Shown here in pieces: positions 25,820 through 38,859 of a DNA stretch of 64,000 nucleotides (position 1 is its first letter; every line of letters begins with the position of its first letter). Under the pieces are notes generated by a model, which was given only the letters and a program-made list of their open reading frames with translations, was not told the origin of the DNA and made no database searches. The position numbers and the translations under genes are program-made. Location of the stretch: assembly GCA_026770705.1 (NCBI GenBank), contig JANJGN010000030.1:13206001-13270000 (forward strand), given 5' to 3'. The DNA is from Isurus oxyrinchus. Its lineage: Eukaryota.

Positions 25820-27164
25820 TCATCTTTGGAATGTTTAAGCATGTCAAGACATTATTTCTGCTGTTTTATAAAACACTGCTACTTTTCTGCTGCTCTTTGT
25901 GGTTTTTGTGATCGTCAGATTTAACGTTTCCAACCTTCCAGCACTGCCCAAACCTGCACCCTATACTATATAAGCTTCGATTCTTTTGGAATTCTGCCAG
26001 CCGCATCCCATCTCACAGGAAGTCCTCTTCATCTGTCATTCCTTTTTCCTAATGCCCTTCATTGGTTTTCATTCCTTCATACATATGCAACTTCACTGTT
26101 TCTTACCTCTGCAGTTCCCTCCAGCCTCTAATCCTTTCTTTCATAGTCCAGCTTTTCCTCTCAAGATTATGGATACTTCCTCTCTACACTTCAATTATCA
26201 CTGACGGAGCCTCCAGACAATTCGTCTCACATTCAAGAACATGTTCTCCAAACTGCTGCAGGTTGGTCCCACCTAATAAAAGCCTCCTTAAAACTCAGAT
26301 CTTTGACCATGTCTTATCCCTTAATATTTTTTCGCCCTCTCCTGTTTGTTAGATCCTGATCAAAAAGGCACCTGAAAATGTTTTTTTGTTGCAGATGCTA
26401 TTTTAATAATTTTTATACTGTTACTGTCACCTGTGGGAACATGCAGAAGGAAAAAAGCTAATTTTGGTTGTTGGAAAAAGCATATTGTGCTGAACAGACC
26501 AAAAATTGTCATTGCTTAAGTAATTTGAGTGATTCTCAGCAGCAGAGTGGAAGAATTGAGAAGTAATGAGCAACTTGTGAAGAAATGTTATGAAATTATG
26601 GAACCACCAAATAAAAATGGAAAGGATAAGTTTGTGTGTTCAGGACTCAACTGATACAGCTTCAACAAGCCCAAGCTCCAGAATATTCATAATAAGAAAG
26701 ACTGAATAGTAAAGAAATTTGGAAGAAGATGACAGTGTGAACAATGGATGGCTGACGAGATCCCATCTACGTTATCATTGCGTTAAAAACATGCACAACA
26801 AATTCAAAGAACCTGTTGAGCAGATACACTCAATTTGCTGCAGCTGCATGTACAACTAACAAATTGTATCTTTTGAGCTACATCTGATTAAATAATTAGC
26901 TTCAAAGATGCAGACATTAGGAATAGAAATGGAAAGATGCTGGTGGTAGCAGCAAAACGGTGCTCATGGTCATTCTGAGATGATGCCTTTGGTTTTCTTG
27001 TGGGGTCACAATTTCCTGCCACATTGGGAAATTTTACATGTGGATGACTGGCAGTGTTCAATATGTCTAAATGTTTTAGCGAAATTGTAGAAAAATTTAA
27101 AATTGCTTTTGATCAAAGACATTTTGCAGCGTTCATCCCCCATATTAACGAGCATTTTCTTTCT

Positions 27165-28185
27165 ACTTTTTCTTGGGATGTGGGTGTCGTTGGCAAGGCC
27201 AGCACTTGTTGCCCGTCCCTAATTACCCTTGAGAAGGTGGTGGCGAGCCACTTTCTCAAACTGGTGCAGGTACACCCACAGTGCTGCTACGAGGGGAGCT
27301 CCAGGATTTTGATCCCGTGACAGTGAAGGAACAACAATTTAGTTCCAAGTCAAGATGGTGTGTGACTTGGAGGGGCCCTTGCAGTTGGTGGTGTTCCCAT
27401 GCATCTGCAGCCCTTCACCTTCTCGGTAGTAGAGGTTACGGTTTAGAAGGTGCTATTGAAGGAGCCTTGGTGAGTTTGCCACAGCGCTGCTTGTATATAG
27501 TGTACACTACAGCCACTGTGCTTCGGTGGTGGAGGGAGTGAATGTTTAAGGTGCTGGATGGGGTGCCGATCAAGTGGGCTGCTTTGTCCTGGATGGTGTT
27601 GAGCTTCTTGTTGGAGTTGCCTTCATCCAGATAAGTGGAGAGTATTTCATCACACTCCTGACTTGTGCCTTGTAGATGGTGGACAGACTTTTGGTCAGGA
27701 GGTGAGTTACTTGCCGCAGAATTCCCAGCCTCTGATCTGTTCTTGTGGCTACAGTGTTTATGTGACTGATCCAGTTCAGTTTCTAGTCAGTGATAACTAA
27801 AGTATTCAGCGATGGTAGTCCCACTGAATGTCATGGGGGATGGTTAGATTCTCTTGTTGGTGATAGTTATTGCCTAGCACTTGTGTAGTGCAACTGTTAC
27901 TTGTCAGCCCAAGCCTGAATATTGTCTGTGTCTTGCTGCATACGGTTATGGACTGCTTCAGTATCTGAGGAGTTATGAATGGTGCTGAACATTGTGCAAT
28001 CATCAATGGACATCCTTAGTTCTGACCTTATGATGGACGAAAGGTTACTGATGAAACAACTGAAGACGGTTGGACCTAAGACACTACCCCAAGAGATTCA
28101 TGTTACGATGTCCTGGGTGTGAGATCATTGGCTTCCAACAAGCGCAACCATCTTCTGTTGTACCAGATATGACTCCAACCAGTGG
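27165..28185 (-). mobile_element. 5'-truncated FADD-family LINE, antisense copy
   Basis: Reverse complement of 24880-25800 (e.g. cacactcctgacttgtgccttgtagat; tgggatgtgggtgtcgttggcaaggccagca). Confidence 0.85.
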
Positions 28186-28284
28186 CCAAACTTCACCCAT
28201 CAACCAGCAAAGTTGTCAAATCATTTGTTTGTGGAACCTTACTGTGTGCCAGTTACATACTATTTTTGTTCACTGCAAGGTTAA

Positions 28285-28695
28285 ATCCTGTCCATACATG
28301 ATCCCTATGCTCACTGATCTACTCTGGCCTCCAACAGTTAAGCAACACCTTGATTTTAAAATTCTCATCCTTGTTTCAAATCCCTCAGTAGCCTCACCCT
28401 TCCCTGTCTCTGTAAACCCCTCCAGCACTACAAACCTCCAAGATATCAACACTTCTCCAATTCTGGCCCCTTGAAGTTCCCTGATAATTGTTCTGTTGGT
28501 GATCGTACCTTCAGCTGCCAAGGCCCTAAACTCAAGAATTCCCTTCCTAAATATCTCTCAGCTTCTCTACTCTCTTCTCCCTTATGATACTCCTTAAAAT
28601 CTAATTTTTTGACCAAAGGTTTGGTCATTTGCCCCCATATCTTTGCATGGCTTGGTTGTCAAATTTTATTTGATAACGTACCTTGAAGCAGATAA
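28285..28695 (+). mobile_element. L2 LINE 3' fragment
   Basis: IPMLTDLLWPPTVKQHLDFKILILV and ggtgatcgtaccttcagc (GDRxFS); tail similar to 44300-44420. Confidence 0.75.
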
Positions 28696-29190
28696 AACAA
28701 GTTGTTTGCACACAATGTAAAAATCACTAATTCCTGGCACTGAACTGGAGCAGGAACTCTTGCATCTTCCAGCATTGATGTCACTGTCGTGTGCCTTTTG
28801 TCCATTGAAGTCCCACACTCCCTTGTTGCCTCCATCGCAACTTTGTGTGCTGCGAGCAAGGGCTTAGGAGAAGGGCAGCAAAGAGTTGGGAGTGGGGCAC
28901 GGAGCAAGACGGCGAGGGGTTGGTGGCAGCAAGCGGGAAGTGGTGAAAACTGTTCTTTTCGGGCTGAATTCAAATTGCCACTTTTGGTGCAGGTAGCTAC
29001 TTGGGACATCACGTCCCAGGCAGTATAACTGCATGTGTGGTGAGTGTGCCTCTCTGCAGTTCCAGTGTCAGTAAACACACCCCTTCGTTCGGACAGTCCT
29101 GGGCAGAGGAAATTAAGTGCTAATTTGCTTTTCTTAAACACAGACCTGGAATCAGTCCCAGAATTTAAGTCCCAGTTGCTAACTGGTAAG

Positions 29191-29779
29191 ATAAAAACAA
29201 AAAACTGCGAATGCTGGAAATCCAAAACAAAAACAGAATTACGTGGAAAAACTCAGCAGGTCTGGCAGCATCGGCGGAGAAGAATAAAGTTGACGTTTCA
29301 AGTCTTCATGAGCCTTCAACAGAACTAAGTAAAAGTAGGAGAGGGGTGAAATATAAGCTGGTTTAAGGGGGGAGGGGGGTGGGGGAGAGAAGTGGAGTCG
29401 GGGTGGTTGTAGGGACAAGCAAGCAGTAATAGGAGCAGATAACCAAAAGATGTCACAGATAAAATAACAAAGAGGTGTTGAAGGTGGTGATATTATCTAA
29501 AAGAATGTGCTAATTAAGAATGGATAGCAGGACACGCAAGTTGCAGATAGCTCTAGTGGGGTTGGGGTGAAATAAGACTAAAAGGGCATAAAAGGTATAG
29601 ATTTAAAAATAATGGAAATAGGTGGTAAAAGAAAAATCTATATAAATTATTGGAAAAAACAAAAGGGAGGGGGAAGAAACGAAAAGGGGGTGGGGATGGA
29701 GGAGGGAGTTCAAGATCTAAAGTTGTTGAACTCAATATTCAGTCCAGAAGGCTGTAAAGTGCCTAGTCGGAAGATGAGG
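29191..29779 (-). mobile_element. Penelope-like retroelement 3' end with target-site duplication
   Basis: Minus strand encodes HLIFRLGTLQPSGLNIEFNNFRS* (GIY-YIG endonuclease C-terminus). Flanks TGCTAACTGGTAAG (29177-29190) and TGCTAATTGGTAAG (29780-29793). Confidence 0.8.
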
Positions 29780-31850
29780 TGCTAATTGGTAAGGTCTGAT
29801 CCATTCTTGAATCACTCATCTGTAACAATGAAATTATACAGGTGCTAACCACTTGTGAAAATCAGTATTTCTTTCATGACATCAGTTCTGTCACTAGAAA
29901 GGACAAAGTGCAAAATATTAACCTATTTCTTCACCATCTATAATGATCTGAGAAGTCAGCTCATAAATTACAATGAATTAGACAAAATATGAGTTGGAAT
30001 AGTTTTGACCTCGTGAATCAAAAGGGCATTGAATACTGTGAAAATTGGCCGCATCCTATCCTGCTGACCAGGTTTCCCTGCTTTTATTGAATGTCTATCT
30101 TAAAACGGTCAATGCTGATTATTTTTTTTTTGCGCAAGGCCAAATTGGTTTGAACGGGAAGCTGAGTTGCCTGGCTAATAAAATGGGCTGTCAGTGTTTT
30201 GTTTGCTGTTTTCTTTGTTCAGTATATGTTTGAGTTTGACTGAACAGTAGAAGATCTGGTGAATGGAATATCATCAGTATCAAGCATTGCAAAAGATGCA
30301 TACATAGAGCTTCCTGTATTCTGCTTTCATTTGAGTTGTGGTGAATCTATATAAAACTTAGTTTGATAACAGTTGGGCTACTGAAATCTTGCTTCACATT
30401 ATAGGAAGAATATCGAGGCAATGAGAGTGATGGCACACAGGTTCATTAGGATGACCTTGGGTATGAATATATAACAAAAATGAAGAATGGACAGATTTAG
30501 TTAGTGAAAAAGGTTGCAAAGTGTACAAATTTATAAATAAATGAGGTGGACATTTTTGAGATATTTAAAGTTGGGGGAGGGTTGTTACTTAAAATTGAAA
30601 GTGCCTTTCCTTCCCCACTCAAACATCCTTCTAATATTTTTGAATTTTGTGCAGACACCAGGAGGTGACTATAAAAGGAAAGTAATCAGAACTGTGCCAG
30701 CATTGAGTTTGTAAATCTGAAGTTGTTGTAAAGAAGATTTTGCGTAGCCTGAGGTTGCCAGCACTTTGTAAAAGCTAATTTTACTGAAACATTTAATTAA
30801 TCGACTGGAAAATGTGTATGGTAGCCATTGGTTATGGTGTTTGATTGGTATCCCGGAGATCATGAGTAAATATCACCATGGCGGCTTGTAAAATTGCCAA
30901 TGAACGGACTGGCACCAGCAAAAGAACCATGAAAGATTCTGGATTTTTGTAAAATATCTGCAGCTTCGCCAGTACCTTTTGTTAGGGGGAGTGAGATGGG
31001 GTGGTGGCGAGAGTCTATTGTCTTTACCTGATCTGGCCTGCATGTGACTTCCCACATTAAATTGCTAACGCTTAATGGCTTTTAAAGTGGTTTAGCAAAC
31101 CGCTTTATTGTAACCAGTCTCTGTGAAGTTTAGCAAGAAGAATTTCCTATCTAATACATTTATGGGAGCACTGTAACCATGAGGAGTGCAGTGATTCAAA
31201 GAGAAGCACCAGTCCGTTGGGGCAGCCACAAGCCACAGGTGTTCCTATATTCCAATATCAAGTTTAAAAACTAATTGTACATCACTGTAATACCACAACA
31301 CAAAGTAGTAATTGCAGCTGTTTGCACTTAGAGTAAGCAAGGAAATTAATACTTCAAGAAAAGGGTATTCAAATTTATCTACTTTTTGTATCCTTGCCAT
31401 CCCGTATATTGTTTTTTTTACTGTGACCTGTAGGTCAGGTTTTGTTGCTCTGATTTTATATCAGAGACCATTTGTATGTTAAGAGTTTGATACTGAAATA
31501 AATGTGGTGAACTTAAATTGCATAAAAGCTCTAAACCTGAAAATGCTCTGATTTGCCTTAAGTACATTAGAGATGTGTATCAATTTAACCCAAATGTATG
31601 CAGCACTTAAATTGAAAATATAATTCTAGTAATAGTTATTAACTAGGTTAAAACTGTCAGTAGTTGGTTCTGAATCACATGGATTTTAACTTGGCAATTT
31701 TAAAGTATGATTAATTTTACTGAGATTCTTTTGCCTTTAAGAATTAGTTGACTATAGGGTTGCGCTAAGTTTACGGTGTGCTGAATGCTAGAAAACTGCT
31801 TTGGAAAATGACCATACTGGGCAGATCTAAGTATATTGGAAGCCAATGAT

Positions 31851-32330
31851 CAAAAACAGAAAATGCTGGAAAAACTCAGCAGGTCCAGCAGCATCTGTGG
31901 AGAGAGAGACAGTTAACGTGAATCCATATGACTCTTCAGAGCTAAAGAGAAGTAAAAATGTGATGAAATTTATACTGTTTAAGGGGAGTGGAGCAGGTGA
32001 AGATGCTTAGAAGGCCAATGATAGGTGGAGGCAAAGAGATTGACAAAGATGTCATGAACAAAAGGACAAAGGAGTGTTAATCGTAGTGGTACTGGCTAAA
32101 GGAGGTGCTGATGGTGGCATTTAAGGTAAAGCCAGCTTCAGCATCTCCACCCCACCGCCCCCCCCTTAAACAGTATAAATTTAATCAGATTTTAACTTCT
32201 CTTTAGCTCTTAAGAAGAGTAATACAGACTTGAAACGCTAACTCTGTTTTTCTCTCCAAAGATGCTGTTAGAACTGTTGAGTTTTTCTGTTTTTGTTTCA
32301 GATTTCCAGCATCCGCAGTATTTTGCTTTT
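31851..32330. mobile_element. Penelope-derived inverted (hairpin) repeat
   Basis: Left arm 31851-31986 is approximately the reverse complement of 32162-32300. The arms resemble the terminus at 29191-29330. Confidence 0.75.
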
Positions 32331-32440
32331 AACTAAATAATGTGTAGTTATTGGTTTAATTGCCTGACCTGTTGAGTTTGCTATATGAGTTTTATCTCAC
32401 AGTTCTTCCTTTTAATTTTCTTGCTTTCAGGAATTCTGAG

Positions 32441-33548
32441 ATGGATACCAGTGAAGAGCTTCCAAAAAAAGTCTTCAAGGCCAGAAAAACAATGCGCGCA
32501 AGTGACCGACAACAGCTAGAGGCTATCTATAAAAGCAGAGAGGAACTTTTAAAAGCCAATGAAGAGACCAAAACTAAACTGTGTAATGGTAGACATGAAA
32601 ATGGAGATTGTGACAACAAAGCTTCACTAAATACTAACTGCATGGATGATGCTGACATTGATAGTATTAATGATGTGAGGCTGGGACCTGAGGAACTGCA
32701 AGGCAACTCCATTGATGAACTTAGTATCACACAAACACCTGAACTAAACTTTGCTGAAAAATGTCTTAATGAAACTAAGGATTTAAGCTCAAAAGATGAA
32801 AAAATGGACTCGACATCCCCAGCTGCTAAAGATGAACAGATTTCTACTGGGAGCACAGGAAACCAAATTTTGGTAGATGTTGAGAGCAAAAGAGATGACA
32901 CTGTGGAATCAGACTGTGTTGAGTTGAAGCAGGATTCTTTAATTGCAGATAAATCATGTTCTGATTCTCAGAGCCTTTCAGAAAAGGAAAGACCACCTTC
33001 TGTTGATGACAGCAGGAGTCAGGAAATACCAGATGAAAGTAGCCTTAAGCTCCAGTCTTCCTCTTCCTCTGTGAGAGAAAAGGAAGACCATGAAAGTTCA
33101 TTGGACATTAGTGAAGAGGCAATAACAAGTAGCATAGAATCTGTGCAGGAGAAAAATGATTGTGAAAGCTCTAAGATGGAATGTGCAGAGACTGAAAGTG
33201 AGATTGCAACAAAAGACAAATTAAGTGAGAACAAATCAGCTGAGAACAACCAACTGGAAATTGAAGAAATAATCCCCATTTTGGAGAAATTGGCCCCAGA
33301 GAAGGACAATGAAATAGCCTGTAACCAAGGAATTGTTCCTGTAGTGGATTCCCCAGCACCAAAGGACAGTCCATCAAAAGACTTGCAGGAAGAACAGATG
33401 GACGCATCTCCATGCAGTTCTCCAACAAAAGAAGAGTGCAATGGCAACTTGCCAGAAGAAGCATTCCTTGTTTTATCAGATGAGGATGAGCCAATAATTG
33501 AGAGTAAAACAGAAAGTGAAGAGCTGGTACCAAAAAATGATGATCCAG
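32441..33548 (+). CDS. ATF7IP: ATF7IP/MCAF1 first coding exon (exon starts 32431, ATG 32441, ends phase 1)
   Basis: MDTSEELPKKVFKARKTMRASDRQQLEAIYK, NGRHENGD, EEIIPILEKLAP and LPEEAFLVLSDED match the ATF7IP N-terminus. Acceptor ttttcttgctttcag, donor CAG/gtatgc. Confidence 0.96.
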
Positions 33549-36500
33549 GTATGCTTGCTTGGTGTTGTGCTGCATTGTCACTGAAAATATTTTGGATGTA
33601 ATTTGGTGCTAAATTTAAGGGTGCTGATTCTCCCTTTCACTTGTTAGGCCTGTTCTCATCAATTGTAAATGTCCTACAATTGTAAAACGTATATGCAGTT
33701 CTGATTGGCAATGACTCCATAACTTGGGCTGGAAGGGTGGCTGGCATGTAGTTGTGGGAATTTCATATTGTAGATGTGGGTATTTTTGAGGCTGTGCATT
33801 AAAACAGAATAGAAACAGTTTTACTCAAACTTAAGTGATATGAATGGTTTAGGGTTGCAAAAAGAAGGAACATAACCCCATTTCTAAGCATTAAGATTTT
33901 TCTTTGATCAGTTCCAAAAATATTTTTAAGTAATTGTTACCAAAGTGATGAATGTCATATCCTGAATATATCATATAGATGCAGAAACAATGGGAATGAG
34001 TAACAGAAAAACCTGAAAAGTAAAATAATAGCTCTATATAATACCTTTAATATAGAAAACACTCAAAGGGTCTTCAAAGATGGAATGGGACAAATAAAAA
34101 CGGAAGAGCTTAGAAAGGGTATTTCCACAGGGGCTAGATGGCTGAAGGAAGCCCTCCAATAGGAGAAGGGAATGAAAGATTTACAAGTGGCCAACCATAT
34201 ATAAAACTGTGAATCATTTTATTGCCTAAGTTTGATTGTTAATTTGGTAAAATTAAACATATACAACTGTTAAATGCATGTACTTGCAATAGACTACAAA
34301 TGCTGTTGGGAGGAGTAAAGAAGGAAGATGTCAATGATTTTAGTATTCATGCTTTTTGATATATAATTTTGCCCTCCTCAGCTATTTGTAATGCCTTGTT
34401 TTCTGTTCCTGTTATGTCATTAGCACAAAAGTTTATAAATGTCTTGGTTGCTTGATCTTTGTACCTTTTTGATATCGGTCCACTGAAGCTTGCCTCTGCA
34501 TGGTTAACTCTCTGGACTGCAGTTTTAAGACATGCATCTGAATCTTTCCTAATAACTGCGAATCACAATGCCGCTCTTTCAGCATTGCACAACATTAGAT
34601 GGAATATAAAAACTGAACCCTCTGCCTTAGCAGCTAAATATGCTGCTTGGTTTGGATCAGGATTATGGAGGGAAAGATCAGATTGCACTCCACATAGCTA
34701 TCTAGTTCCTGCTGGAAATTACAAATGAAGACAGAATTAGCCTCACTGTGATCAACTAGCCAATGAATAGCTTGATGGCCGCTGTTGCAGCTGGCCATTT
34801 AGACCCCATGTGCCCTGGAGCTGCTTATAGCTGTGAACCCGCATCCCTCCATGATTCACTTGGGAGAGGAGTGGCAAAGAGTGTGACAAAATATGAAGTT
34901 ATGGAATGGGAAAAGGGTAATTTGCCCATCAAACCCCATTCCTCCTCCCACAATGTATAATCCAGCTTCAGGATGGAAAATATGCTCTTTCAAATTCTGG
35001 ATAAGATCTGAAGAAGACTGTTTAATTGCTGGAAGGCAGCCCTGACTGCAAAAGTGTCCAGCCCTTCTGTTGCAGTGAATTTTGGTTCCTTGTCCCCATA
35101 GAAGTAAAATTCAGCTTTGTGGATGAGATGGAGAAAATCAAACATACACACACACACCCCTGCTCAATATTCATACTTAGCATTTATTTCCAGCACAGTT
35201 CTGTTCAATTTTCACTGGACGTTTAGCGTTCTCATTAACACGCAGTTATCAGTGCCATTAGAAGCAATCATTTGGTTTCAGTCTAGATACCAATCCAGGT
35301 TAATATCAGCAGAAAGGATCAACAGTAGGCTGTGATGGCTCCTGTTAAATGGAAACATAGGTGCAGCAGTAGGCAATTCGGTCCATCAAGCCTGATCCAC
35401 CATTCATGAGATCATCGCCAATCATCTATTTTTTGAAGGCAAGGCAGGAAGAAGACTGTTTAGCTGTTGAGTTTGTCTCAACATATTGCTAGTTTTTCAT
35501 TTGAAGATGGTTTTACAGTACCTGCAACTGCCTAAGAAGTGCAGGCTTTGACAATTCAAGTATTTCCCCGTAGTGCTGTGTGCTCGGTTCTGTCTGAACT
35601 CTAAAGTTAGTTGTTTTGCTAACCTCTAAGAAGACTTCCCTCTTCTCGGAGAGGAGCTTTATCTCAATATTTTCTTCTGGCAAAACCCTCAAGTTTCGTT
35701 TTGCCATTCCACGATTGGAGAAGTATTCATTTGACACTCTACATACTTTTACAAATTACTTCCTAACAAGGACTCTGACCCTTGGATCCCAAGAAGACTA
35801 CAGGTCAAATATTTCCAAGCTCTAATTAGCTATTTGTATTGGTAGAGATAACAAAAATAAATTTCAACTAACCACCTGTTCGATGACAATAACTTTGTAT
35901 ATTGGAAGTTTGTACAAAGGTCCGAATTATTGGTTCTTTTTATATATTTGCCTGTATTCAGCTGTTTTTGTTCTGTGGCCTGACTGGTTACAGTCATAAT
36001 AAATAATTGCTCTGATGCGTTTCAAGGTTAGCAGCTTGACTTTAGGACCTGCTCTCAATTTTAGTTACAGAGGTGCTGGTCACAGATAGTCAGTGACTTG
36101 TGCTAGGTGTTCTACTGCTGCTACCTAGTACCAAATGATGCAGTAGCGTAACCCAGGCATGGAAAAATAGGGTTGCATAGTGATCAGAACTAGACATTCT
36201 GTCTTTTTGTGTATGCCCTCCCCATGTGTTTCTCTAGTCACTTCAAAAGCATACTGAGAAAAACTTGGTGAAACAAGACCAGACAAAAATTCATTACGCT
36301 GCTTTAATTCACTAACTGCAGGTGAATTTAGAAAAGTTAGAGTAAATTCCACTCTGTTAACTCAATCTCACTTCACTCATCAAAAAATCATTGAAGTAAT
36401 AAACTATACACTGTCTTTTTTGCAGGCAGACTGACTGACAAGTTTTTGCATGCTGTTGCCTTTAGACAAGTTCTAACTCTAAGACCTAACCTGCATTTGT

Positions 36501-37139
36501 AGCTTAAGCCAAGAGCTGTGTCTCAGTCATTTATTCTAAACCCCTGAGCATGGGCTTTCTTTTTAGTTCCTATACCAAGTGGTAGGGCATGTGCAGTGTT
36601 GTTGACACCTTCCTGTGCATGGATTCACCAAGAGTTTTGTCAACTAGACCCTCCTTGGCGCATATTGTTTGTTAACGTCTATGCAGCATCCATCTGCCAC
36701 CTACAATGAGGTGATAAGTTACTGAATGTCCCAGCTCATTTGACTAATGGACCTGAGATGCAATAATAGATCTTTGCATCAGTCTGAAATTGTGATATTC
36801 CCCACACTAGCTTGTTTGGTTCGAAGGCCACAACCTACAGACATTGACAATATGTATTTCATTTTGCAAATTCAATTTGTTTTAAACATAACTCTGCCCC
36901 AAAATTGTATGTGAAGATGTGAAATATAAATGTTATCAAAGATATTTGAGGACATTTTGAACCCATAAGGATGAAGACAGTAAATTTCAGTTAAATGCTC
37001 AACTATATGCAACATAAAAACATCTTGTCCTCCCCCTCATTCCACTAGTTTTGTGACCTTTCACTGTTACATTTGGCTTTACAGTTAACATTAAACCTGA
37101 ATTTTCCTCTGTCACTGATTGAGGTATTGGTATTAGACG

Positions 37140-37525
37140 TGAGCATAGGAGTAAGAGTAGGCCTTTCAGCCCCTTGAACTTTCTCTGCCATTCAACTAGA
37201 TCATGGTTGATGATCTACCTCAATGCCATTTTCCCACACTATCTCTCTTAACCCTTGATGCCTTTGGTATTCAGAAATCTGTCAACCTCAGCTTTGAATA
37301 TAATCAGTGACTGAGCTTTCACATCCCCCTGGATAGAGAATACCAAAGATTCACCACCCTCTGATGGAAGAAATCCTCGCTATCTTGGTCCTAAATGGTC
37401 TACCTCTTATTCTGAGACTGTCACCTGGTTCTAGACCCCTCCCCCTCCATGCCCCAAACAGGGGAAACATCCATTTGCATTTGCCCTGTCAAGCCCCATA
37501 AGAATTTTGTACACTTCAGTGAGGT
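37140..37525 (-). mobile_element. CR1 (HER1-like) LINE 3' fragment
   Basis: Reverse complement of the tail at 45700-46090. Confidence 0.75.
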
Positions 37526-37606
37526 AGAGCACTACCACAAAGTGGATGTTTCACTGTTGAATTATATAGTGACTCAACAGATTTTTTTTTACATTCTGCT
37601 TCATAG

Positions 37607-37657
37607 ATACAGACCATAAAGAGCAAGCAGCTGATACAAGACAAAAGCAAGAACCAA
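37607..37657 (+). CDS. ATF7IP: ATF7IP second coding exon (51 nt, phase 1-1)
   Basis: Acceptor ttttacattctgcttcatag, donor A/gtaagt; open in frame (DTDHKEQAADTRQKQEP). The call rests on splice signals and position; sequence similarity is weak. Confidence 0.75.
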
Positions 37658-38859
37658 GTAAGTAGTTTCTTCATTGGAAGCGTTGCGCAAAATTGATTAT
37701 TAAGATACGATGGTATCTGAATACTGTTTATCTGTATTCTCTCTCCTTTCTAAAAAAAAGTAGCAATGTTAGTCACTTCACACCATCTCCTTTACTGGTA
37801 TAAGGGTCCAGGCTACTGGCTTCTGTAGCAGTCGTCTATTTTAAACATGTTTAAATAGCATTCCATAAAATAAAGCCCCCAGATGTTAAAAGGAGTGCTA
37901 TAGTCAGTGGCAATAATTGTACTCCTATGTGGTTGTGATTTAATTTGCTGAAACTAAAGGCGTAGGTGAGGTTCAGTGGCCTTTGAAATCAGTGATTTAG
38001 CATACACTTAATGGTCCAAAACAGTTTCTTTAACTGAAAGGTTTTTCATAGTTTGAAGAAGATAATAGTTTGGACATAATCAACTATCATGGCAATTGTG
38101 GACATTTAGCAACACAGATCGTGTTTGGTCGTACACAATGCTAACTATGCATATCAAAAAAGTTATGAACAACACAACCATGATTTCCATATGCATTCCA
38201 AGTGGCAAGTGAGGTTTTCTTCCAGTAGCACACACTTCGAAAAATCAGCCCTTAAATTCCATTAAAACATAGGCTTGGTCTTATAAAATTGTTTCCAAGC
38301 ACATTGCTGGGATGGTTTCTGGTATTAGTCTAACCTAAGTAACCTGCGCTTATGGAACAAATAAGTCAACCTTAAGAATAAGCCTTATGTAATCTGAAAT
38401 GATTGTGAAAGGTAGTTCTGAATAACTTGCTCATTGAGTAGCCATACATAAGTATAAATTGAGCCCTTCACATCTTGCAAATTGGATGCCACAGTTGACT
38501 GCAAACAGCATTGATTTCTGGCTATTGCTCCATCAGTATATCCTCAAATAAATTGCCAATGAAACCCTACTTCAAAAAGTTTAAAAATAATTAAGATGAT
38601 GGTTATATCTGGTTTTAGGTTTGTTTAAATAGTGCTAATGACCTCATCAGGATAGTTGAAGGAGCTACTGACCCTAATAGTAACAGCAGTTTGAATTGAC
38701 ATTCAGAGTTGGTCATAAATCCACAAGTGATTGAGCATCAGCTGTACAGTGCATAATCAGTGGCCCTGCACAGAATCCCTTCTGAGTCAGTATCCTAACA
38801 TTCACACAAAAATGAAAAAGCAATTAAAAAGGACAAAATTGATGTTTGCCATTGTTACA

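Noticed and set aside
28659-29328. 188-aa and neighbouring ORFs
   Set aside because: No recognisable domain or splice context; partly overlaps repeats.
32527-33581. Antisense ORFs overlapping the large ATF7IP exon
   Set aside because: Ser/Leu-rich shadows of an acidic coding strand with no independent evidence.
32360-33601. 413-aa single-exon protein as given in the ORF track
   Set aside because: Residues before 32431 and after 33548 are intronic read-through; ATF7IP similarity starts at ATG 32441.
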